Source: Basidiobolus meristosporus CBS 931.73 (lineage: Eukaryota; Fungi; Basidiobolomycota). From it: DNA of 64,000 bases. Position 1 is the first letter of the stretch; every line of letters starts with the position of its first letter. The stretch spans positions 1-64,000 of the forward strand of contig MCFE01000461.1 in the NCBI GenBank assembly GCA_002104905.1, given 5' to 3'. Of the stretch, positions 1 to 13,514 are shown in pieces. Both the position numbers and the translations under genes were made by a program. The notes beneath the pieces are model-generated. The model worked only from the letters and a program-made list of their open reading frames with translations. It had not been told where the DNA came from and made no database searches.

Positions 1-2446
1 GACAGAAAAGGATCACATGGTGCACATTGAAAAGGTCTGAAGAAACTAAGAGAGAACAACGCTTTATGGCAAGCTAGCCAAGTGTGAATTCTTCAAGGAA
101 CACATTGAATACCTGGGACACATAGTGACTAGCACAGGAGTGACCTTAGACCCTAAGAAGGTTGAAGTTATCAAGAATTTGAAGCAGCCCCATAGCATAT
201 CAGAACTCAGATCATTCCTTGGAATGGTTTCCTATTATCGGAGATTTGTCAAGTCTTTTGCAAGTATTGCAGCCCCTTTAACTGATATCCTCAAGAAAGA
301 CAATACCTACAAGTAGGACATAGCTTGTGAGACTGCCTTCCAGACACTCAAGAATGAACTTGATAAGCTGCCAAGCTTAAGAATACCAGACTTCAGAAAA
401 GAGTTCACTCTGTGCACAGATGCTTCAGATTATGCAATTGGTGGAGTGCTGAGCCAAGAACACTAGGGAAAGGACTACCCTGTTGCCTTTGTATCCAAGA
501 AACTGAACTCAGCAGAACAAAACTATCCAGTCCATGAGAAGGATATGCTTGCTATAATACACTGTTTGAAGACATGGAGATGCTATATGGAAGGAGTCAA
601 ATGCACTGTGAAGACTGATCATGCCTCCCTCAAGTATATAGTTACTCAGAAGGTACTCTCTAGAAGAATGACAAGATGGAGTGAATACATTCAGCAATTT
701 GACCTGGAGATTGTCTACTGCCCTGGAAAAAACAACATGGTTGCTGACGCCTTATCAAGATTAGATCAAGTTGCACAACTCAACTTGGTGCATGAATCAG
801 ATTGGCCTAGCCTATTACCAAAGTACTTGGTGGACCAAGCCATTCCTAAGGAGGTGGATGAAGATATCAAGAAGATAATCTGTGATGAAGCCAGCAAATT
901 TGTAGTACAGGATGAAACACTCTACCAAATTGTTGATGGAAGCCCTATTGCCTAATGCCCTTATGTTTCTCACCTGGATTTAGTACATAAGCTACACAAT
1001 GGATATGGACATCTTGGGATTGAAGGAACCTATAGCCTTGCAAAAGCCAGAGCATGGTGGCCCAGAATGAAACAAGATATTGAGAAGCTAGTGAAAACAT
1101 GCCCAAACTGCCAAACCAATCAAGGCCAGCCACAAAGAATTGCCAAACTCTTCCCTTTGGAGCCTGTAAGACTATTTGAGAGATGGGGAATTGACTTTAT
1201 TGGAAGACTGCCAACTAGCAGGAAATGCAACTGTTGGATCCTAGTAGCAATTGACCATGCCACTAAATGGCCAGTTGCTAAAGCTGTACCAATAGCCAGT
1301 GGACAAGAAGTTGCAAGTTTCATTTACCATGAGATCCTGATAAAGTTTGGATGCCCTGTGGAGATCTTATCTGATAGAGGAGCAAAATTTGTGGCAAAGA
1401 CATTAGAGGCTTACCTGGAAATGCAGCAGATCAGACACATGAAAACCTTGGCATATCACCCCAGAACTAATGGAGTCACTGAGCGGTTTAATGGATTACT
1501 TCGAAAAATGCTCACCCAGTATGCAAATGGAGTTGTCAGTAGATGGGATGAGTATATAGACCAAGCACTCATTGCATGCAGAGTCAGAGTACACAACACC
1601 ACCCAGCAATCACCACTTTACTTAGTGTATGGATGTGAACCAAGGATTCCAGGAGATCTCACACAACCAAAGCTTACAGACACCTTAGAAGATGAACTCA
1701 GTCAGCCAAGTAGACACCAGCAACTGGAACAAAGACGTCAAGAGGCACAGACTAAAGTATTTCAAAGTGCAGAAAAGATGAAGCAGAGATTTGATAAGAC
1801 TATAGCACCAGAAGTATTGACAGTTGGGAACTTTGTATTGCTAAGAAACAACACTCAGAAGAAGTTTGAGCCACAATGGACAGGACCATTTAAGATCATC
1901 AGAGAATGTCCATTTACAACTTACCAACTGGTGGACAAACAAGGCAATATCCGGGAAGACTTAGTGCATAGGGACAGACTCAAGCTTGCAAGACTTGCTG
2001 ATATTACTGAACCATCAAGATATTGGTACCAGAAGAAAAGAGATTCAGGAGAACCCTCTCAACTGTAGTAGGGGAGAATGTTATGATCTGCCGCTTGAAT
2101 GTTTAAGTTAGATCAGTTTTTAGTCAAATCAATTAGTATATGTTTAGGTTATCAGTATATCAGTATTATCTATCAAATCAGTAGCATTAGTCAGCAAATG
2201 AATCAGCAGATCCTTATCAGACAGAAATAGATATATTAAGTAGGATCTTATTGGGTGATGATGATGCAATCAGATGAGTCATCAGCCACAACCTACATTA
2301 GGAAATACAATGAGTCAGCAATTGATCTGGCAAAATGTATATAAGGAGCTGCTGGAACCTCAATAAAAATCAGTTCAAGTTTTAGTGAATACAATACTAC
2401 CTAAACTCCCTATTCCTCTACAACTCTTATATCAAGACTTGTAACA
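1..2446 (+). mobile_element. Ty3/Gypsy LTR retrotransposon family A, 3' part (RT end, RNase H, integrase, PPT, 3' LTR); decayed, cut by window edge
   Basis: RT motif KCEFFKEHIEYLGHIV; RNase H TDASDYAIGGVLSQ and NYPVHEKDMLAII; integrase zinc finger CPNCQ, core GIDFIG/SDRG/YHPRTNGVTERFNG and PQWTGPF. In-frame stops split the ORF. PPT AGTAGGGGAGAA at 2067-2078 directly precedes the LTR. Confidence 0.95.
2079..2446 (+). repeat. LTR family A (368 bp), 3' LTR
   Basis: TGTTA...TAACA termini; internal TATATAA and AATAAA; second copy at 13515-13883. Confidence 0.93.
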
Positions 2447-3029
2447 TTGGTACCTTGCTACATCCATTCTACATGTTTGTTATGACTAGTCCATAGAAAA
2501 TTTTAAACACTACTTTCACACTGAGTAAGTCATTAATTAGACTTGTTGCATAGGATAATGTCATATTGCGCTATAGGTTTCAAATGATGCTATAGTGTGC
2601 CAGGGAGGCCAAGTGGACCTTTATTTGGTCACTGATCATATATACATAGTTCTGCATCCTCATACAAAGCAGCCCCTGTGTTTCACCTACTCTGCAGGAG
2701 AAAATACATTATAATACCTTTTTTTTAAGATCAATGCTGAGCAGGATGTGTAAGAGCATAGCAGGACTGAAGACATGTATCTAGTCCTTAAAACCCATCC
2801 ACTCAGAATCTAGCTCCTGCAGCTTGTAACATATCACAAAATGTATGGCATTATCTGGCACTATATTTATGTAGTAGCCCTAAGCTACAACTCATACAAA
2901 GCACTTACAATGCCAGATGGTGCCAGTGGGCCAAGATAGAGCTATAAATTTTTGTGATACGTTACAAACCTTTTAGCAGCATGGATGCCAAGAGATATTA
3001 GCCAATACTGATGCAGTTTGGGAGTGAGA

Positions 3030-3397
3030 TGTTACAATTTAAGAAGTGTTTTGGATATAAGGAACTTATCAAGAAACAGTGACAATAGTTGAACTGTTGT
3101 TAATTAATAAAGAAGCTCAGTATTTATACCTTTGTAGAAGTAGTACAGCTGTAACACTAAGTAAGGAGGGTTTCTCAATATTCAGGAGCATTCTGTAAAA
3201 GTGTCAGGGTTAGTACATAATAGTTAGTATAAGTGCTAATTGATCCTGACTATAGGGGAATAATCATAAGATCATAGATCTGAAGAAAGTGGCAAAGTTA
3301 GAGCTGTAAATTAGTCCCACAGTGACCAAGACTAGACCAGAATTGTTAAGTAAATTTTTAGCTGCAGAATGATACCAAATAATCCAATATTTCAACA
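3030..3397 (-). repeat. Copia 3' LTR (368 bp)
   Basis: TG...CA termini; aligns with 7709-8077; preceded on the minus strand by the PPT. Confidence 0.95.
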
Positions 3398-6300
3398 CTC
3401 CCACTCAACTAAATAATTTCTTAATCCTAATTCCTCCCTGAGATACTTAATTTGTGGCCTAGCTTGTTGTTTTGTCAATATATCTGTCACCATTTTGTTA
3501 GTTGGGCAGTACACTAACTCTACAAAGTGATTTTTGACAGCTTCCCTCACAAAGTGACGCTGTATATCAATGTGCTTATTTCTGGCATGCTTACTAGGCT
3601 TACCAGCTAATGACATACAACTTTGATCATCTTTGTAAATACATGTTGGTTCATCTGAATTAAAACCTAAGTCTTTGAATAATTTTTGTAGCCATATAGC
3701 CTCCTTAGTTGCTTGACATGCAGCCATATATTCTGCTTCAGTTGTATATAGGGCCACAGTTGGTGTTTCTTGCAATTCCAAGTAATAGCTGCACCAGCAT
3801 AGAGAAATACACAGCCTGTGGTGGAGTGTCTGTCAATCAGATCCCTACCCCAATCTGAATCACTATAACCATCACTTTTTTGCCTATTAGCTGCTCCAGA
3901 GTATTCCAGTACCACATCTATGGTACCTTGAAGATATCCGAAAGTCCGCTCAACTGCTGCAATTTGATCTGATCCATAATTCTGCATGAACTGGCTGACT
4001 ATTTCAACTGCCACTGCAATATCTAGACGTGTAGACACCATCAAGTACATTAGGCTACCAACCATTGACTGATAGGGAAAGTTTTGATCCATACTTGAGC
4101 CACTTTCATCTATAACTGGCTGAGATTTGCTTAAGTTCAGGTTATTGTCCATAGGGGTAGCTGCAGGTTTGCAATTTTCCACTTTGAAGCATCTAAGAAT
4201 GTCCCTGGTGTACTTAGACTGTTTCAGCACAATTTTCTGCGTAGGTATGTCAAATTTGACCTCAATTCCAAGAAAATAGCTCAATTCTCCAAGATCTTTC
4301 AAACTTGCTGAAGTGATCTGATTTTGTCTATCTACATGCCTCTTGATCACTTGAAGCTATAATTAGGATGTCCACATAAAGAACTAGGATTATCACACAC
4401 TTTCTGAGCTGTTTCACATATATACTGTGATCTGCAGTGCTACAAGAGAACCTAATTCCACAAGATATGTGTCAATCTTGTTCTACCATGCTTTAGGTGC
4501 CTGCTTAAGCCCATACAACAATTTTCTAAGTTTGCACACCTTATTGGGGTCTTGTGGATTGGTAAAACCTTCTGGTTGCTCCATATATATAGTTTCTTGC
4601 AAATCCCCATTCAGAAAGGTTGTTTTGATGTCCATTAGGTGTAGATCTAGACTGTGTACAGTTGCCAGGGCTAGAACTGCCCTAATGGAGTTAAACTTGG
4701 CTACTGGAGCAAATGTTTCCTTAAAGTCTAGTTGCTGGGTCTAATGATAACCTTTAGCCACCAATCTAGCCTTGTACTTATCAACAGCACCATTTGAGGT
4801 TATCTTGATCTTTTAGACCCATCTACATCCAATTGACTTTCTCCCATTTGGTAAAGCTACCAGTTCCCACGTTTTTGCCTTGATCAGTGATTGGTACTTC
4901 TTCTGCATGGCTTGTTGCCACATAGCAGCATCTGGACTTTGCATTGCATGTTCCAGATTCTGAAGTTGGGCACACAAGGCAAGATAAGCTTCTTCATGAT
5001 CATTGGATGTCTGCCACTAGGATCTAGGGGCAATTCTTATTCTGGTAGATCTCCTAACTGGGATAATCTGTCCTGATCTGAAACTGGTAGATGTATCTTC
5101 TGTATCTGGCTGGATTTGGTATGTACCTTCTTCATTAGTGTTGATTGCATCATCAGGCAGCTGGCCAATGATTTCTGTGGCTTTCTGATCTGAATTTGCC
5201 TCAATTACAACATTGCTGCTCTTGATCAGCTTCTGAATTTTGCCATTATACGCTCTATACCCTTTAGTATCTGCACAATACCCAAGAAAGATCCCTTTCC
5301 TCCTCCTTGGTACCAACTTGGAGCATTTTTTGTCAGGGATGCAATAACAAACATCACTGCCAAAGATCTTGAGGTGCTGGAGATCTGGTTTTTTGCCTGT
5401 ATATGCTTCAAAGGGTGCAAAATCAGGTAGTGCTGTTTTTGGGCATCTGTTCTTGACGTATACTGCATTTACAACAGATTTGGCCCAAAACTTGTAGTCT
5501 ATTCCCTTATCATGTAGTATAGTTCTTCCCATCTATACTATTGCTCTAATTTGCACGTTCTGCTACTCCATTTTGCTGTGGAGTATGAGGTACTATGGTC
5601 TGTTGGAGTGTACCAATAGAAAAACAGTATTTTGCATACTCCTTTGAACAGTATTCTCCTCCATTGTCACTTTGTAGTACCTTCAATTTACACCCAGTTT
5701 GTGTTTCTGCCATGTTCTTGAAGTGCTTAAACATCTCTAAAGCTTCATCCTTTGTTTTGAGGAAGTATACCCATGTATATCTTGTTTTGTCATCAATAAA
5801 CGTCATAAAGTATATTTTGGCTCCAAAGGACAGTGTTCTCATGGAGCCACATATGTCTGAGTGTACAATTGCCAAGATTTTGGTGGTATTAATGCCTTCT
5901 GAGCTCTTGAAACATTGCATAGCTTGTTTGCTGTATGAATATCCCTTACAAACATTCAATTTGATCCAATTTGAGTATTTTAGGCCCAAAACAAGCTGAA
6001 CTTTCATCAATTGGCTCATTTTCAGTTCTTCAATGTGTCCTAGCCTCCTATGCCACATCTCCCAGCTGGTATCATCAGTTTCAGCAATGTTGACATACTC
6101 AGGTACAATGATCTTGCACTGTAACTTGTATATATTGTGATCTCTGATTCCCAAAGCTAATTTTTGTCCATTCTCTCTCAATATTGAGCAGCTTATCTTA
6201 GTAAAAACAAATTTCAGCCCCTGATCAATTGCCTTACTGACTGACAGTAGGCTCTTAGCTATTCCCGGAACACAGAGTATGTCAGTGAGTCTTGCTGTAG

Positions 6301-6649
6301 TTGCCCCTGAGCTATTGCTCATTTTAGTTGTATAGACCCACTTGCAGTAGATTCTAGAGCAGAGCTATCTCCCAGATAAACCTTTCTTACTCAAATAGTT
6401 TTTAAGTTGCTGAACCACTCCTTTATACCACAAATTAGCTTTGAGGCTCCAGAGTCAATATACCATTCATTACTCTGGTTACTTGCACTCTCTTGAACGG
6501 TTACAAATAACTGTTCATCAGTAGTTATATGGTTTGCCTGCTCTTGTTTCTATTTTTTGTCTGCTTGTTTTTTCTTGCATTCTCTTGCCTAGTGTCCTGG
6601 CTTTTTGCATTAGTTGCAGCAACCAGGTTTTCTTTGGTTTTGCTGCTTT

Positions 6650-7017
6650 TGCTGAAATATTGGACTATTTTGTATCATTCAGCAGCTAAAAATTTACTTA
6701 ACAATTCTAGGCTAGTCTTAGTCACTGCAGGACTCATTTACTGCCTTAACTTTGCCACTTTCTCCAGATATGTGATCTAATGATTATTCCCTATAGTCAG
6801 GATCAAATTAGCACTATTACCAAACATTATGTACTAACCCTGAAACTGTTACAGAATGCTCCTGAATATTGAGAAACCCTCCCTACTTAGTGTTGCGGCT
6901 GTATTACTTCTACTAAGGTATAAATACTGAGCTTCTTTGTGAATAAACAACAGTTCAACTATTATCACTATTTCTTGATAAGTTCCATATATCCAAATTA
7001 CTTCTTAAATTGCAACA
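6650..7017 (+). repeat. Solo LTR of the same Copia family, inserted antisense inside the element's gag
   Basis: Reverse complement of the flanking LTRs over 368 bp (TGCTGAAATATTGG...TTGCAACA). The gag reads on across the insertion. TSD is imperfect (GCTTT/GTTAT). Confidence 0.88.
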
Positions 7018-7695
7018 GTTATCCCTTCTTTTCTGAGTGCCTTTCTGAACTGAATAAAGCATTATTTTGATTTTTCTGCTTCATCAATGTGCCTGAGTTC
7101 ATCATGGAGAAGTCTTCCTTTGACATAGTCTAAAGTCAAATTGTATTCTCTGCTTTCAAAAGAAAATATTAGTGGCTCATACTTGTCCGCTTAGCTGCAA
7201 ATCAGACAGAGTATCTTTTCTTCATCATCCACACTAGCATTAATACTGTAAAGTTCTGCTGCAAGTGTCTCCATTTTGGTAGTGAGTTTTAGCATGCCAT
7301 CATCTGACTTCTTCCTCATGTTGAAGAACTTTTGTTTTGAATAAAGCTTGCTTAATACTGACTTTGCTCTAAAGTTCTTCACTAAGGATTCCCATGCTGC
7401 TTTGGCAATATTTGAGGCATGGACTTGTCCAGTGAAGGAATCTTGCACATTGATACATATGGCATTAAAGGCCTTTCTCTCTTTCTCTTGAAACTTCTCC
7501 ACTTCTGCTGCTGTTCCTTTGGGCTCAACTTCTTTCCTGTTACTATATTCCAAAGTCTCCTTTCCTCAAGGTGGATCGGCATCTTGATTCTCCAAAGTCT
7601 GTAGTTCTTTCCATCAAACCTCTCCTGAACAGGGAAGATAATTGTGTTGTTCTGTTTGCTGGCAGATGTCATCTTTAGAATAGATTAAGGCAGTT

Positions 7696-7708
7696 GGGGC
7701 TCATAACA
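7696..7708 (-). promoter_or_regulatory. Primer-binding site complementary to the anticodon arm of initiator tRNA-Met (half-tRNA priming)
   Basis: Minus strand reads TGTTATGAGCCCC immediately after the 5' LTR. GTTATGAGCCC is complementary to GGGCUCAUAAC of tRNAiMet, as in copia/Ty5-type elements. Confidence 0.85.
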
Positions 7709-8077
7709 TGTTGCAACTTAAGAGGTGTTTTGGATATAAGAAACTTATCAAGAAATAGTGATAATAGTTGAACTGTTGTTTATTGATAAAGAAGCTCAGT
7801 AGTTATACCTTTGTAGAAGTAATACAGCTGTGACACTAAGTAAAGAGGGTTTCTCAATATTCAGGAGCATTCTGAAACAGTTTCGGGGTGAGTACATAAT
7901 AGTTAGTATTAGTGCTAATTTGATCCTGACTATAGGGGAATAATCATAAGATCATAGATCTGAAGAAAATGACAAAGTTGGAGCTGTAAATTAGCCCCAC
8001 AGTAACCAAGACTAGTGCAGAATTGTTAAGTAAATTTTTAGCTGCACAATGATACCAACTAGTCCAATACTTCAACA
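7709..8077 (-). repeat. Copia 5' LTR (369 bp)
   Basis: TGTTG...CAACA termini; followed on the minus strand by the PBS and gag. Confidence 0.95.
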
Positions 8078-8289
8078 TGAGAAATAATATGTTTGCCAGT
8101 ATAAGTATACATCAAAGAAGAGACTCTACTATTGTATGAGGATGTGAAAATGGTCAGGTGATCTTGTGACTTTTTCATCAGACACAGACTGGCCATATAT
8201 GGTGCAATCCTATGTAATCTATTGTGAGAGGCATCTATACAATGTTCTGTTGTGTCACATTGACTTCAAGCTTTCAAGAAATTGCTGCA

Positions 8290-10050
8290 ATGTAAAAGAT
8301 TTTGTAGAATGAACTGAAGCTTCTTTGCCAGCTTGATATAGTCTCATCAGCAGTATTCAGGGCAGTTTTATGGTTCTGTTATAAGATACTCATCAGAGTT
8401 ATGTTGCTGAGTATCAAGCTTTTCTAATTGCAGTTTCAAAGGCTGCCAGTTACACTGCATCTGTAACAGAAGGTGCTAAAGTTGGTTTCTTTGTTGAACA
8501 CCATGAAATGGCTCCTTTGGCATGAGGAGAAATGTATCCTGAGGTGGATCTTCTATCCCTTGACTTTTGTCCCCAATCAGCAACTGAGTATTGGACAAGA
8601 TTTGGACCTGATCTATATACAAGTACCCTAAGTAGATATTAGTATATCCTTCTAAGCATGCAAAAATCACCTTAACAGATGAAGTATGATCAGATCATAG
8701 TACTAATAGTACAGAGTGACAGCTCCCACTAGATATGATATATCTGGACATGTTCCAAGCATAATTAACATTAGATTGCCAGACACAGATTGGTGAGGTA
8801 TGTCATGGTTCTCAGATAATACCAAAATCTCTTTATTTGGTAGAGTTTTGACCAAGCAAAGGTTTGCCTCCATTGGGGTTGCTCCCAGGTTACTTTCTTC
8901 CATCTGGTACTACTTAAGCATATCCTGAATATGCTTGGATTGGCTTAGGGTCAAAGTTAGGGTACTGCTATTCATTGAGAGCTTGACCTCTGAGTAGTAT
9001 CTGGGCTCATCTTGAATAGATCTCTTGAACTCCTTATATAGGCTAGATTTAGTCTATTCCATAATTTTTTGATCATTGGTAGCTACAAGGAGATCTTTGT
9101 CTTATAGAGATAATAAACCTACACTTGCTCTATCTGGCCTGTAGTAGCTACTATAGGCTTTAGTATTACTCAGGAAACTACAAGATTCCAACTAAACATT
9201 CTTTGTGTAATCCCAGCTTATTGGTGATTTTTTGAGACCATAAAGCATTTTTTCAGTCTGCAGACCTAGTGGGGCCTATGTTAGTCAGTTGAGCCATGAG
9301 AATGGTCCATATACAATTCCTCATCAGATTATCCAGTCAAAAATGTAACTCAGGATAAGCTTTGCATAGATCTACATGGAAATAAGCAAATTTGACCCAA
9401 CGTTTTGAGGTTTTGACTAGCTTGGAGCTCTTGAACATTTGTCTGGCTTGTTTCCTATATATGCAGCCCTTAAACAGCTTGTGATGTGCTGCAGTGTCAC
9501 TTTTAACTTCAGATATCATCTGATCTCTGATGATTTTGTGCAAATAGTCAAATTGATATGTCCCAATCTCCTGTTAGGCATTCATATTGCTTCATTCAAA
9601 CTGCCTACATTGACTCCCATATATAATAAAATACAAGTCAACTTGCATATATTTTTATCTATAATGCCCAAGCCAAAACAAGCTTCATTTTGATTGTCCA
9701 TATTATATCCAGATATGCCATAACAAAAACTGTGCTCTTATGATGTTGTCTCACTTACATATATCTAGTTTCTGGCTATATCTGGTACATAGATTTTCAT
9801 TGTGAAGATAAGTGGGGCTTCCTACGCTACTTCTGAGTTCTAATTGGATATTTGCCTCTTCAACTGCATTCTGTGTTTTATTGACACTCATGAAAACCTT
9901 CTTGATTGGAAATTCAGGATACTTGAAAAAAAGGTCCCTTTTATGCATAAAGTGTTGAGATGCTCCAGAATAAATGTACCAAACATGAAAATTTTTGTTT
10001 GTGGTCTTATTTGATGCAAATATTAAAGTCTATTCTGGTTGTAGCAGCAC
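8290..10050 (-). pseudogene. Second, heavily decayed Copia internal fragment (integrase/RT/RNase H remnants)
   Basis: Minus-strand remnants such as HVDLC (cf. VHSDLCG), TPMEANL, LMLIMLGTCPDISYLVG and an RNase H-like segment. Ends are approximate. Confidence 0.65.
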
Positions 10051-10149
10051 ATCCATATTTAGGCTCTTTTGCCCTAGTAGCTCTTTATTGAAGCATCTGA
10101 CTGAGGGGGTCCTTTCCTTGTGCAGCTGCAGCATGAAATGTTGCTACTG

Positions 10150-10760
10150 AAGACCAATAGGCACATGAAGAGGCTGTAGCACTGCTTCTATAGCAGTGCT
10201 CAAGAAAATGCACTTTGATATTGCATGGATATATTGCAAAGACTGGCAGGTGAGGTGCTAGACCTGCAGTGCTGGCTGAAGGCCAGGACACATGGGAAGC
10301 AGTGAATGAATATTAGAACAAAGCTTTAAGGTCTCCATAAATGACATGGAAAAAGGGCATTTTGGCTGAATCACTTATTGAATTGTGACCTTTAATGGAA
10401 TAACTTGTTGATTGTGAGGTTGGGCTTAATGTTAGTACTGAGTACAGGTGCTTGTACAAGTCAGTTTGAGGTACAACTGAAGAATGAACTGAAAAAAACT
10501 CACTTGTATGAGCTTAGAGTAAGTGCATTGGCCAATACAGGAAGTAAGGATGGTGAAAAAGGGGCAAAAGTCATCCAGGATCATGAGTGAAAGAATGGGC
10601 AGAGAACCAATCATAAGTCACTGATGTATTGCTGTGATATGAATTTGACTACACTTTTGACAGAAATGTGTCGCAATTTTTAATGATCTTTGCATAGTTG
10701 CTTCATGGCATCATTATTACCACTTTGTAATAGGGTTAAACTTGTGAGGTCAGGCTCAAA
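10150..10760 (+). repeat. Dispersed fragment of the 3' end and flank of the CACTA-associated accessory gene
   Basis: aataggcacatgaagaggctgtagcactgcttctatagcagtgctcaagaaaatgcac aligns with the reverse complement of ~21030-21100 and with ~28720-28790. Confidence 0.7.
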
Positions 10761-10939
10761 AATACTCTAGGCAATGGATATTACTTTTGAGTAAACTTCA
10801 GACCATATGTCAGTTATCCAGCTTGTTTACACATATAGTAACCTCCTCTTACTTAAAATCAGTATAATTACTCCAAAGACATCACCTTATGTGCAAATAA
10901 TGCAATCTCTAGTAATATAAGGTGATGTGACCCAGGGTT

Positions 10940-11308
10940 TGTTGCAATTTAAGAAGTGATTTGGATATAAGGAACTTATCAAGAAATAGTGATAATAGTT
11001 GAACTGCTGTTTATTCATAAAGAAGCTCAGTATTTATACCTTTGTAGAAGTAATACAGCTGCAACACTAAGTAGGGAGGGTTTCTCAATATTCAGGAGCA
11101 TTCTGTAACAGTTTCAGGGTTAGTACATAATGTTTGGTAATAGTGCTAATTTGATCCTGACTATAGGGGAATAATCATAAGATCATATATCTGGAGAAAG
11201 TGGCAAAGTTAAGGCAGTAAATGAGTCCTACAGTGACTAAGACTAGCCTAGAATTGTTAAGTAAATTTTTAGCTGCTGAATGATACCAAATAGTCCAATA
11301 TTTCAACA
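10940..11308 (-). repeat. Copia-family solo LTR with perfect TSD
   Basis: 369 bp, TGTTG...CAACA; TSD GGGTT at 10935-10939 and 11309-11313. Confidence 0.95.
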
Positions 11309-11329
11309 GGGTTAAGCAACTCTGGACCT

Positions 11330-12164
11330 CAGGGGATGTCTGAAGGGGTGTCTTTGGACCAAATGGGCCTCTAACAGTTGTTCCAAATGGTGAACTTGCA
11401 CTACAGAGATGCTGAGAGGGTCCTCTTTAGATTAACAGTGTTTTGAGACTAAAAATGTGTCTTAAAAGTATAGGTGCTTCTCAGAGAGGACTTTTCCAAC
11501 AGAAAAGTCAAAACTTTCTTGCAAAGCTCAAAATGTACACTGTGATCTTAGAAGCTTCTTCACTGATGCAATAATGATTAAGGTCAGGACAGTCAATAGA
11601 GAAAGTGATGCAAGCAAAGTCCTTAAGCTCTTGAACTCACAATGGCAGCATGGAGAATATGCCAAGTGAGTGTATTGCTTGATTTTCAGCTGGGGAAATC
11701 ATATATGTGAAGTCCCCAGAGGATCAACTTTTTTGGGCATGTCATCAGTGAATACATATGATAAATAGCTAAAATGATGCTTTGACACAGATCAGATATA
11801 GTTGCATCACCTACAAAACAACACATAAAATGATGGGCTAGATCAAATGTTACAAACAATCAAGTTCATCATTGCAACCTTAGCAATAGGGGGCTGGTAC
11901 ATTTGGTTGTTAGAATCTTTTGATCATAACTCTAAAAGCACTGCTTTAAATGAGCTGAGAGTTAAAATATGTACGGACTATGGAGTGTTCTGCTTGTTAT
12001 AGCATTCTTGGAAAGATTAACTTCCATGGTCTTCAGTTGTAGTCCTTCAAAGTTCAAAATTCTGGATCTTTTGTTTGTGCATTACATTGGCAAAAGGCTA
12101 AGAAGAAATGAGTGCAATTTTGGTCCTAAGATGATATAGAGTTGATATACTTTGCATTACAATA
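11330..12164. repeat. Diverged second copy of the long LTR-D repeat (partial)
   Basis: Shared blocks with 22560-23304: gacttttccaacagaaaagt, ttttcagctggggaa, agaaatgagtgcaat. The left end is not resolved. Confidence 0.7.
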
Positions 12165-12539
12165 CGTTTGTCCATTACTCATTTGATTAGGTAGCTGCCA
12201 GACCAACTAATAAGCTGAACTGGTTCTACAGATGATGTTCACATATGTTAGTCATTAGTCTGCAGTGGATTGATTTGGATCTGTAAGAAGAGGTTTGCCA
12301 TGCTTGAACCATAACTTATAAAAGCAACTCAAAGACAATCCATCATCTTGTCCTAATTTTTTTCTCACAGTTACTACTACTGTTGCATTTGGTAGTGGCT
12401 CATTTTGCACATACAGACTTCTTCCTTGTTGACTATCATTGTAGCTACTTGTGTACATGTAGTTAGTGTTTTGCATCCTAGTCATTGAGTGCAGTGCTCT
12501 GACTTGTCCAAGCTAGATTGCAGTAGATGATGTTATATG

Positions 12540-12907
12540 TGTAGCAATGTAAGAAGTAATTTGGATATAAGGAACTTATCAAGATACAGTGATAATAGTT
12601 GAACTGCTGCTTATTCATAAAGCAGATCAGTATTTATACCTTTGTAGAAGTAATACAGCTGTAACACTAAGAAAGGGGGTTTCTTAAGATTCAGGAGCAT
12701 TCTGTAACAGCTTTAGGGTTGGTATATAATGTTTTGTAAGAAGTGTTAATTTGATCTTGACTATGGGGGAATAATCACAGGATCATAGATATAAAGAAAC
12801 TGCTAAAGTTGGGCCTGCAAACATGTCCTACAGTAATCAAGACTAGTCTAGAATTGTTAAGTAGATTTTTAGCTGCTGAATGATACCAAATAGTCAGTAT
12901 TTCAACA
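12540..12907 (-). repeat. Copia-family solo LTR with perfect TSD
   Basis: 368 bp, TGTAG...CAACA; TSD ATATG at 12535-12539 and 12908-12912. Confidence 0.94.
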
Positions 12908-13173
12908 ATATGCTTACATAACCAGGCCTGCTTCAATGAACCTGTTTCCAATTGAGCAGCATTGCAAGTTTTGGCAGTTTTCACCAAGTTGTGCATGTTA
13001 ATTTAGTACTTGGTGCTCTGGTGCAGGAAATTGGCATAGATTGGGTCAATGCATGCTGGTACCCTGAGATTGCAATGCTTTGTAAAAGCTCCATTGAAGC
13101 AAACAGGCACAATGCAGATGAAATATCTGTGTTATCTATTATTCCTCTTGAAACTAACCTTGTAACTCTTCAA

Positions 13174-13285
13174 TTTTGCAATATTGGACTACTTTGTATT
13201 AACCAGAAGCTAAAAGCTCACTTTACTATTCTGGACTACTCTTGGTTACTGTGGGACTAACTTACAGCCCTAACTTTGCCACTTT
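13174..13285 (+). repeat. Truncated 5' fragment of a Copia-family LTR
   Basis: aatattggactactttgtatt...taactttgccacttt aligns with the first ~110 bp of 6650-7017. Confidence 0.7.
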
Positions 13286-13514
13286 ATATATATAGCACAG
13301 AGTACATTAGACTTTTGACGCAAAAACCTGCTCCATACTCCTTGATTCCCAAAGCTGAGGTGTTAGCATGCATGTCTGGTATGTACATTCCCAGTAGCTC
13401 ATTGCTACTATGCATTTGTTTATATGATGTATGTTACTAGGTGTAAATGGTGTATACAAACCATGCAGGATTCTCATGGCAAAGCGATAGAGTTAAGGTA
13501 ATAGAGGTATGTAA

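Larger units (their letters stand above)
3030..8077 (-). mobile_element. Full-length but decayed Ty1/Copia element with both LTRs and 5-bp TSD
   Basis: LTRs 3030-3397 and 7709-8077; TSD TGAGA at 3025-3029 and 8078-8082. Minus-strand order: gag (FDGKNYRLWRIKM, CxxCxxxxHxxxxC knuckle near 6575-6625), protease (IDSGAS), WHRRLGH, integrase (VHSDICG, SDNGGEY, PQQNGVAER), RT (ETFAPVAK, YLMVSTRLDI), RNase H (GYSDSDWG, KHIDIQRHFVRE). PPT GAGTGGGAG next to the 3' LTR. Confidence 0.97.

Noticed and set aside
2340-2360. Tf1-like self-priming through GCTGCT in LTR-A pairing with the PBS
   Set aside because: Only 6 nt of complementarity, located too close to the TATA box to be the transcript 5' end.
2447-2452. 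TTGGTA after the 3' LTR equals the start of the family A PBS region (possible tandem element)
   Set aside because: The match is only 6 nt and no gag follows.
1-8077. Programmed frameshifting or stop read-through in the retroelement ORFs
   Set aside because: Stops and shifts fall inside conserved domains (e.g. TGG to TAG, CAA to TAA) and are best explained as decay.
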